IMG/VR virus record: IMGVR_UViG_3300032301_000242
Coordinates: 1-25,725 of that record
DNA: 25,725 nt
Origin: a virus
Lineage: Duplodnaviria > Caudoviricetes
Direction: 5' to 3' (one strand)
Shown here: piece after piece, positions 17,983-24,858 of the stretch
How positions within the stretch are numbered: the stretch's first letter is position 1
Layout: each line of letters begins with the position of its first letter
The notes under the pieces: model-generated
Told to the model about the DNA's origin: nothing
Databases searched by the model: none
What the model saw: only the letters and a program-made list of their open reading frames with translations
Program-made: the position numbers and the translations under genes

Positions 17983-18981
17983 ATGAAAATTGCATTTTAC
18001 TCGCCTCACATGAATATAGCTGGAACAGAAGTTGCTTTATATGATTATGCTCATTATAATGAAGTTTTATTAAATAATGAATCTATCGTTATACATGAGC
18101 CAACAGATCACAGGAACCATCAACCAGCTGTAGATAAATTTTATTCCAGGTTTAAAGTTTTTGGAATTGATTCTTATTCAAATCAACCAGGATATAATAA
18201 TCGTGGAAGTTTTATAACAGATCAGTTAAATAAAGTTATACAAGAAAATAATTGTGATGCCATTTATATTATAACTGGCGAAACCGTTTATAATGGAGTT
18301 AGACCAACTGCTTGCAAATTATTGATGCATCATGTTGGGCCTTACCCCCCACAACATATGTACGGTGATGTTTCTGCGTATTGCTCGGAGTGGTTGAGTA
18401 AAACATATTCCAATGGAACCGTTCCAGTTGTTCCACATATGATAAATTTACCAGAAGTAAATGAAAATTTAAGAAAAGAATTAAATATTCCAGAAGATGC
18501 TATAGTTTTTGGAAGAAATGGTGGAGCCGATGCATTTGATATTGATTGGGTTAAAAAAGTTGTTAATACTGTTGTAAATGAAAAAGAAAATATTTACTTT
18601 TTATTTCAAAATACGGATGTGTTTTACAATCATCCAAGAATTATACATTTGCCAATGAATGCAGATTTACATTTTAAAGTAAAATTTATTAATAGCTGTG
18701 ATGCTATGTTACATGCAAGAATTCCCGGAGAAAGTTTTGGTTTATCTTGTGGAGAATTTTCTTCTAAAAATAAACCAATAATAACATATACTAAATCATT
18801 AAATGGCAATCATTATTATGTGTTGGGTGAACGTGGTATATATTATAGCAATCCATCAGAAATTTATAATATTTTAATTAATTTTAAAAAACCAAATCCA
18901 TCCGAAGATTTTAATTGTTATCGAAATTTTTATCCAGATAAAGTAATGGATTCATTTAATAATGTTTTTTTACAAAGGTAA
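17983..18981 (+). CDS. GT-B fold glycosyltransferase (GT4-like)
   Basis: GTEVALYDYA, LRKELNIP, VFGRNGG and CDAMLHAR..GESFGLSCGEF..KNKPIIT (E-X7-E motif). Confidence 0.8.
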   Translation: MKIAFYSPHMNIAGTEVALYDYAHYNEVLLNNESIVIHEPTDHRNHQPAVDKFYSRFKVFGIDSYSNQPGYNNRGSFITDQLNKVIQENNCDAIYIITGETVYNGVRPTACKLLMHHVGPYPPQHMYGDVSAYCSEWLSKTYSNGTVPVVPHMINLPEVNENLRKELNIPEDAIVFGRNGGADAFDIDWVKKVVNTVVNEKENIYFLFQNTDVFYNHPRIIHLPMNADLHFKVKFINSCDAMLHARIPGESFGLSCGEFSSKNKPIITYTKSLNGNHYYVLGERGIYYSNPSEIYNILINFKKPNPSEDFNCYRNFYPDKVMDSFNNVFLQR

Positions 18982-18984
18982 ATT

Positions 18985-19779
18985 ATGAATAATTTTATAT
19001 CAAATGTAACTTTTGCTACTGCTTATTATGATATTGGTAGAGGCAATAAAGAAAAATGGGGAAACTGTACAAGATCTATAGATACATATTTTGAATTTTT
19101 TAAAAATGTTAAAAACATAAATTGTAATTTAGTTATTTATTGTGAAGAAATAAATTATAAAAAAATACAAGATTTTGTATCAGATAGAAGTAACGTAAAA
19201 ATAATTGTTAAACCATTTAATGAATTAGATTTTTACATTAAATTTTTTGAAAAAACAAAAAACTTAATGCTCAGTGATGTTTATAAAAATCAAGTTATAA
19301 GAAAATCTCCAACCCCTCATGTACCTGAATATAATCATCCAGAATATAATATAATAAATTTTAATAAAATATCTTTTGTTAAAGAATCTATGAATAATTT
19401 TGATTCTGATTATTATGGTTGGATTGATTTTGGTTTTGGTCACAATAAAGATTATGTTAAATATACTGTTGATAATGATTTTGTAAATCGTGTTACTCAA
19501 GGATCAAAAGTGTTTATGCGTTGTTTTAGAATGCCAAAACAAACAGAATTATTTAATCCAGATGAATATTATCATAATAATCCATCTGTGCATGGTAGTA
19601 GTTTTTTAGGAACTAAAGAGTCTATTATGAAATTTTATTCTATATTAGAATATTCAATAGATACATCATTGAATATGGGTTGTATTGATGATGACCAAAC
19701 ACAATATGCAATGGCATATTTATTAGATCCTAATAATTTTAATTTGGTTCAAGGTAATTGGTTTACTCATTTTTGTTGA
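18985..19779 (+). CDS. HtrL/WlaTC-like putative glycosyltransferase
   Basis: TFATAYYDIGR...W..RS...Y, PEYNII..NKISFV, WIDFG and DDDQ motifs. Confidence 0.72.
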   Translation: MNNFISNVTFATAYYDIGRGNKEKWGNCTRSIDTYFEFFKNVKNINCNLVIYCEEINYKKIQDFVSDRSNVKIIVKPFNELDFYIKFFEKTKNLMLSDVYKNQVIRKSPTPHVPEYNHPEYNIINFNKISFVKESMNNFDSDYYGWIDFGFGHNKDYVKYTVDNDFVNRVTQGSKVFMRCFRMPKQTELFNPDEYYHNNPSVHGSSFLGTKESIMKFYSILEYSIDTSLNMGCIDDDQTQYAMAYLLDPNNFNLVQGNWFTHFC

Positions 19780-19803
19780 TAACATATAGGATAAAATATT
19801 TTT

Positions 19804-20628
19804 ATGATAAGTGTATCTATGTACGGTCGTTTAGGTAATCATTTGTGGCAATATGCTGTTTGTAGAACAGTTGCTGAACATAATAATTATGAATATCATA
19901 TTCCAAGAGAATTTTTAGGAACGCATGTTTTTAATTGTTCTTTGGGGGTAGATAGTAATACTACAAATAAATGTTTTCCTATTTGTAACAATCATGATCA
20001 GATGCAAAAATATGATCCAACAATTTTTAATATTGAAGATTTTACAAAAATAGACGGGTATTTACAGACAGAAAAGTATATTAAACATAATAAAAAAAAT
20101 ATAATAGATTGGTTTCAACCAAAACATGATATAAATTTTATTATAGATGAATTAAAATTAAATGATGACATCTGTGTTATAGGATTTCGTGGTGGTGATT
20201 ATAAAGATAAACCACATGTATATCTTGATACAAAATTTTATTATGATTCTATGGATTATATTAAAAGGATAAATCCAAATATAAAATTTGTTATAGTAAC
20301 AGACGATCCAAATGAAGCTAAAAAATATTTTTCAGATTATTCAATTTATAATTATGGAATGGTTGGAGATTTTTATGCGGTACAATTTGCAAAATATCTT
20401 ATAATATCAAACTCTACATTTTATTGGTGGGCAGCTTGGTTAAATACTAATTCAAAAATAACTATTCTTCCAAAATATTGGTTAAGACATAATATAAGCC
20501 AAGGTTGGTGGATGCCTTCAGATTCGTTGACAGAAGGATTTCTCTATACTAATCGAGATGGAAATGTACAAACATATGATCAATGTTTGTTGGAAATAAC
20601 TGATATAAATTATCAACCACAATATTGA
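19804..20628 (+). CDS. GT11 (alpha-1,2-fucosyltransferase family) glycosyltransferase, second copy
   Basis: GRLGNHLWQYA, GYLQTEKY, FRGGDY, VTDDP, IISNSTFYWWAAWL and PKYW. Confidence 0.87.
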   Translation: MISVSMYGRLGNHLWQYAVCRTVAEHNNYEYHIPREFLGTHVFNCSLGVDSNTTNKCFPICNNHDQMQKYDPTIFNIEDFTKIDGYLQTEKYIKHNKKNIIDWFQPKHDINFIIDELKLNDDICVIGFRGGDYKDKPHVYLDTKFYYDSMDYIKRINPNIKFVIVTDDPNEAKKYFSDYSIYNYGMVGDFYAVQFAKYLIISNSTFYWWAAWLNTNSKITILPKYWLRHNISQGWWMPSDSLTEGFLYTNRDGNVQTYDQCLLEITDINYQPQY

Positions 20629-20631
20629 TAT

Positions 20632-21255
20632 ATGAATTTAGTATTAATAACATCCGTAATCAATACTTTGATTCCATCTGTTTATTCTGCTGCAGAAAGA
20701 ATGGAACAAACTTTGATATCAATAAAAACTGTCAAAGACAAAATACCAAACTCTTATATTGTAATATTAGAAGGAAGTAAATTGGATGATGATAAATTTA
20801 ATACTATAAAGAATATTGTAGATGAATTATTTTATATAAATGTTTCTGGTTTATCAAAAACTATTGGAGAAATGACAATGTTAAATACATATTTTAATTG
20901 TGATGAGTTTAGTAAAAGAAAACACACAATTGATAGTTTATGTAAATTATCTGGTAGGTATCATCTAAACAATAATTTTAAATTTATAAAAAATGATATG
21001 TGTATGGTAAAAAAAACAGATATAAGTTGGTCAGGAAAGGGAACTTATGATACTAGATTTTATAAAATACCAAAAATATTAATAGACAATTATATTAATA
21101 ATTTTAAAAATTTATATGACTGTATTCACAAAGTACAGGATATTGAACATGGATTTTACGAGTATGAATTGATACCAAATGATAAAATAGAGCCCCTATT
21201 TCAATTGGGGGTATCTGGAAATTATGGACCAACTGGTGAATACGTAGAGGATTAA
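20632..21255 (+). CDS. Hypothetical protein, possibly glycosyltransferase-related
   Basis: LITSVI, ERMEQTL.SI, LEGS, KLSGRY and DIEH; function inferred from context only. Confidence 0.5.
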   Translation: MNLVLITSVINTLIPSVYSAAERMEQTLISIKTVKDKIPNSYIVILEGSKLDDDKFNTIKNIVDELFYINVSGLSKTIGEMTMLNTYFNCDEFSKRKHTIDSLCKLSGRYHLNNNFKFIKNDMCMVKKTDISWSGKGTYDTRFYKIPKILIDNYINNFKNLYDCIHKVQDIEHGFYEYELIPNDKIEPLFQLGVSGNYGPTGEYVED

Positions 21256-21256
21256 T

Positions 21257-21856
21257 ATGACAAGAACAGAAATTATAAACAGTTTAATACAAAAAAATAA
21301 CTATAAAAACTATCTTGAAATAGGTATAGGTGATGGAGGAAATTTTAATAGTATTGAATGTGAAACAAAAATTAGTGTAGATCCAGATCCAGAATGTTTT
21401 CAAATTAATGCAACATTTAAAATAACATCTGATGAATTTTTTAGAGATAATAAACAAAATTTTGATATTATTTTTATTGATGGTCTTCATACATTTGAAC
21501 AAACATATATTGATATAAAAAACGCATTAAATTGTTTAAATGAAAATGGAATTGTTATAGCGCATGATACGTTACCACCTACAGAACATCATCAAAGAGA
21601 TCCAGAATCTTATAAGATAGGTGAACCTTGGAATGGTACTTGCTGGAAAGCTGTTGCTAAACTAAGATTAGAAGAAGATAATATCAATATATCTACAGTA
21701 GATACTGATTGGGGAGTTTCTATTATAAAAACTGGAAAAAATAATAAATTCATTATGGATAATGATTATATTTTAAATTACTCTTTTTTTAATGAATATA
21801 AAATTGATTTGATGAATATTATTTCCATTGAAACATTTAAAACTGTATATCTATGA
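21257..21856 (+). CDS. Class I SAM-dependent methyltransferase (Methyltransf_24-like)
   Basis: YLEIGIGDG, SVDP, TSDEFF, FDIIFIDGLH, L.ENGIVIAHD and DTDWG. Confidence 0.88.
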   Translation: MTRTEIINSLIQKNNYKNYLEIGIGDGGNFNSIECETKISVDPDPECFQINATFKITSDEFFRDNKQNFDIIFIDGLHTFEQTYIDIKNALNCLNENGIVIAHDTLPPTEHHQRDPESYKIGEPWNGTCWKAVAKLRLEEDNINISTVDTDWGVSIIKTGKNNKFIMDNDYILNYSFFNEYKIDLMNIISIETFKTVYL

Positions 21857-22368
21857 TAGTAGGTGAATATACATATGGTCATGAAAATATAAAGTTAATA
21901 AAAGCTCCAGAAAATTTTTATAATTTGATTATAAAAAAATTTTGTTCTATAGGAGAAAATTTAACAGTATATATGGGTGGACATCATAGAAAAGATTGGA
22001 TTACAACATACCCATTTGGTCATAGATATAAAAATATTTTTAATACATTTAATGGAAATGATCATTGTGTATTTAAAGGAAATGTAATTATTGGAAATGA
22101 TGTATGGATTGGTATGAATGTTTTTATTATGGATGGAGTGGAAATTGGTGATGGTGCAATAATCGCAGCTAATTCACATATTACTCGTAATATAGAGCCG
22201 TATTCAATTTATGGAGGAAATCCAGCGAAATTAATAAAATATAGATTTCCAGAAGAGACTATAAATAAGTTACTAGAATTGAAGTGGTGGGATAAGTCTG
22301 TTGAAGAAATTAATAATATGTTACCAATATTGTGTTCAATTAATTATGAAAATATAGAAAAATTATAA
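21853..22368 (+). CDS. Hexapeptide-repeat O-acetyltransferase (CatB/Vat-like fold)
   Basis: VGEYTYG, KFCSIG, ITTYPF, KGNVIIGNDVWIG, GVEIGDGAIIAA, GGNPAKLIKYRF and LKWWD. Confidence 0.9.
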   Translation: MIVGEYTYGHENIKLIKAPENFYNLIIKKFCSIGENLTVYMGGHHRKDWITTYPFGHRYKNIFNTFNGNDHCVFKGNVIIGNDVWIGMNVFIMDGVEIGDGAIIAANSHITRNIEPYSIYGGNPAKLIKYRFPEETINKLLELKWWDKSVEEINNMLPILCSINYENIEKL

Positions 22369-23246
22369 TGAAAATACTTTATATATCATTAGGTCAACCA
22401 GATTATCAGTGCGATTTGGTGTTACATGGATTGTATAATTTATTAGGTGAAAATCTTACACATACTGATAATTATCACTTGATGTATAAAGAACATACTA
22501 CACCTGAATTATTAAAAACAATATCTGGTAGAGGATTTACCGTTTGGGGAAATTTACCATCATATTTTAATGATAATACAGATATAGAAAAAAAAATAAA
22601 ATCCAAGTATTTTGATTATATAATATATGGAAGTTACAGAAGATGTTTAGATCATTTGGATTTGGTAACAGCAAATTATCCTGCAAATAAAATAGCATTT
22701 ATTGATGGTGAGGATGATACAAAGATAACTAAACCAGCAGAAGGGTTTATATTTAAAAGAGAATTAATTAATGATATAAATGGAGTATATCCTATATCAT
22801 TTGCTATACCAGAAGAAAAAATTTGTAAATCATTTTCATTATCTAATAAAATTAACAAAATAGCAAATTACAAACCATCAGATTCAGGTTGTGGGTATAT
22901 TTACACAGAAGAAAGTGATTACTATGATGACTATAAAACTTCTTTTTTTGCTTTGACACACAGAAAAGGTGGATGGGATTGTATGCGGCATTATGAAATA
23001 TTAGCAAATTTTTGTATACCATATTTTCCTGATCTAGAAAATTGCCCAAAGAATACTATGTTTAATTTTCCTAAAGATAAAATAATACAAGCCAATAAAC
23101 TTTTTAAAAATAATTTTACTGAAACAATAAAAGGTGTGGATGAATATTGTCACTTATTATATGATATTTTTGAATACACAAAAAACAATTTAACTACAAA
23201 AAAGATAGCAGAATACGTGATAAATACTATAAAGAAAGGTTCTTAA
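22368..23246 (+). CDS. Putative glycosyltransferase (GT-B-like, family unassigned)
   Basis: DY..DLVLHGL, FIDGED, FKREL, PISFAIP and KGGWDCMRHYEIL...CIP; the C-terminal G..C.R.YE....C.P resembles GT-B donor-binding segments. Confidence 0.55.
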   Translation: MKILYISLGQPDYQCDLVLHGLYNLLGENLTHTDNYHLMYKEHTTPELLKTISGRGFTVWGNLPSYFNDNTDIEKKIKSKYFDYIIYGSYRRCLDHLDLVTANYPANKIAFIDGEDDTKITKPAEGFIFKRELINDINGVYPISFAIPEEKICKSFSLSNKINKIANYKPSDSGCGYIYTEESDYYDDYKTSFFALTHRKGGWDCMRHYEILANFCIPYFPDLENCPKNTMFNFPKDKIIQANKLFKNNFTETIKGVDEYCHLLYDIFEYTKNNLTTKKIAEYVINTIKKGS

Positions 23247-23248
23247 TT

Positions 23249-24244
23249 ATGAAGCATGTTTTAATTACTGGTGGAGTAGGATTTATTGGGCATCACATGG
23301 TGAACTATTTGTTGGAGAATAGTGATGCAAAAATTACTGTTATAGATCGTTTAGATACTTCCGGAAATTTAAATCGTCTAACAGAATTAGACAATTATCA
23401 AAAAAATAAAAATCGTGTAAATTTTGTTTGGCATGATTTTAAATCTGAAATAATAAAAAATGAAGTTTTAACAGCTATGTTGGATAAACCCGATACAATA
23501 TTGCATATTGGTGCAGGATCACACGTGGATAGAAGCATTGAAGATCCTTTGTCTTTTGTTATGGATAATGTAGTTGGAACGTGTAATATTTTAAATTATG
23601 CAAGAACATTAGATAATTTAAACAATTTAATATATTTTTCCACAGATGAAGTATTTGGTCCAGCTGAACCTGGAATTGCTCATCATGAATGGCATCATTA
23701 TAACTCGGGAAATCCATATTCTGCATCAAAAGCAGGTGGAGAAGAATTATGTTTAGCATTTCACAATACATATAAATTACCAGTTATGATTTCTCACTGT
23801 ATGAATGTTTTTGGAGAAAGACAACATCCTGAAAAATTTATACCTTCATGTATTAGAAAAATATATAAAGGTGAAAAGGTAATTATTCACAGTAATAAAA
23901 ACCTTACAAAAGCAGGAAGTCGTTTTTATATTCATGCAAATAATGTATGTTCTGGTGTAGACTTTATTTTAAATAATGGAAAACATGGTGATAAATATAA
24001 TATTGTAGGAGAAAAAGAATTAGATAATTATCAAGTTGCTTCTATTATTGCTGATATTCTAGGAAAACCATTAAATTATGAATTTGTTGATTTCCATAGT
24101 AGTCGTCCAGGTCATGATTTACGATATGCATTGGATGGTTCTAAACTAGCAAAAATGGGTTGGGATTTAGAATCTACAGTAGAAAAATCATTAGAAAAAA
24201 CAATAGAGTGGTCACTTGCTAATCCAAAATGGATTGGAATGTAA
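23249..24244 (+). CDS. rmlB: dTDP-glucose 4,6-dehydratase-like SDR enzyme
   Basis: ITGGVGFIG, SHVDRSI, STDEVFG, PYSASKA, NVFGERQHPEKFIP and RPGHDLRYALD. Confidence 0.88.
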   Translation: MKHVLITGGVGFIGHHMVNYLLENSDAKITVIDRLDTSGNLNRLTELDNYQKNKNRVNFVWHDFKSEIIKNEVLTAMLDKPDTILHIGAGSHVDRSIEDPLSFVMDNVVGTCNILNYARTLDNLNNLIYFSTDEVFGPAEPGIAHHEWHHYNSGNPYSASKAGGEELCLAFHNTYKLPVMISHCMNVFGERQHPEKFIPSCIRKIYKGEKVIIHSNKNLTKAGSRFYIHANNVCSGVDFILNNGKHGDKYNIVGEKELDNYQVASIIADILGKPLNYEFVDFHSSRPGHDLRYALDGSKLAKMGWDLESTVEKSLEKTIEWSLANPKWIGM

Positions 24245-24260
24245 ATTTTGATTTTATTAG

Positions 24261-24288
24261 TTGACAAGTATTATATTAGTCGTATAAT
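24261..24288 (+). promoter_or_regulatory. Consensus sigma70 promoter for gp55 (TTGACA-N16-TATAAT)
   Basis: Perfect -35 (24261-24266) and perfect -10 (24283-24288), 6 nt before GTG 24295. Confidence 0.85.
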
Positions 24289-24294
24289 AATAAG

Positions 24295-24858
24295 GTGAAA
24301 AAGAAAAGAAAAAAGAAAGCAGCATCAGATGCTGATTACGTAAGTAACCAAGATCTCTTAGATGCATTAATAGAATATAAAAAGAAAAAAGATGATTCAG
24401 AGAATGTTGGCCGTAAAAAGCCAAAACTTCCTGATTTTATTGGCGAGTGCATTCTCAAGATTGCATCTCGCCTTTCTTATCGTCCAAATTTTGCCAATTA
24501 TCCATACAGAGAAGAAATGGTATCTGATGCAGTATTAAACTGCATAACATATATCGATAACTTTGATCCAGCAAAGTCCAGCAGCCCTTTCGGTTATCTA
24601 ACCCAAATCTGCTGGTTTTCTTTTGTACGCATAATTAATAAAGAAAAGCGGGAAAAGTACACTCAGTATAAGTATGCAGAACAGCAAAATGATAAGGACT
24701 TTCATAACTGGTTCAATGAAACTTATGCAGGTATTGATATAGGTCGCAGAGACTTCTTTGGCCTTACTGATCTTGATATGCAAAGATTTGACGATATGCT
24801 TACACCAAAGAAAGGTAAAAGAACTCGTAAATCTAAAAAAACGGGATTGGATGTATGA
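24295..24858 (+). CDS. gp55: Late transcription sigma factor
   Basis: YVSN..LL.AL, IGECILKIASRLSYRPNFANYPYREEMVSDA..NC..YIDNFDP.KSSSPFGYLTQI..FSFVRII.KEK; GTG start. Confidence 0.96.
   Translation: MKKKRKKKAASDADYVSNQDLLDALIEYKKKKDDSENVGRKKPKLPDFIGECILKIASRLSYRPNFANYPYREEMVSDAVLNCITYIDNFDPAKSSSPFGYLTQICWFSFVRIINKEKREKYTQYKYAEQQNDKDFHNWFNETYAGIDIGRRDFFGLTDLDMQRFDDMLTPKKGKRTRKSKKTGLDV

Larger units (their letters stand above)
10331..24244 (+). other. AT-rich glycan biosynthesis/modification island (18 co-oriented genes)
   Basis: Contiguous glycosyltransferase, methyltransferase, acetyltransferase and NDP-sugar enzyme genes with overlaps or gaps of 3 nt or less (one 24-nt gap); visibly more AT-rich than the flanking core genes. 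Confidence 0.9.

Noticed and set aside
21853-22368. Phage-borne antibiotic resistance gene (catB/vat)
   Set aside because: The hexapeptide acetyltransferase fold is shared with sugar O-acetyltransferases, and the gene is coupled inside a glycan operon; resistance cannot be supported without an assay.
11892-22596. Poly-A tracts (A8 at 11892, 14891, 15590 and 20092; A9 at 22588) as phase-variation switches
   Set aside because: Short A runs are expected in such AT-rich, Lys-rich genes; all ORFs are intact and there are no long poly-C/G tracts like those of Helicobacter fut genes.
15870-24000. Several NATAAATA matches inside island genes (e.g. 17159, 23219, 23990)
   Set aside because: Expected by chance at this AT content; only 23219 (before the rmlB-like gene) is positioned plausibly, and it has no independent support.
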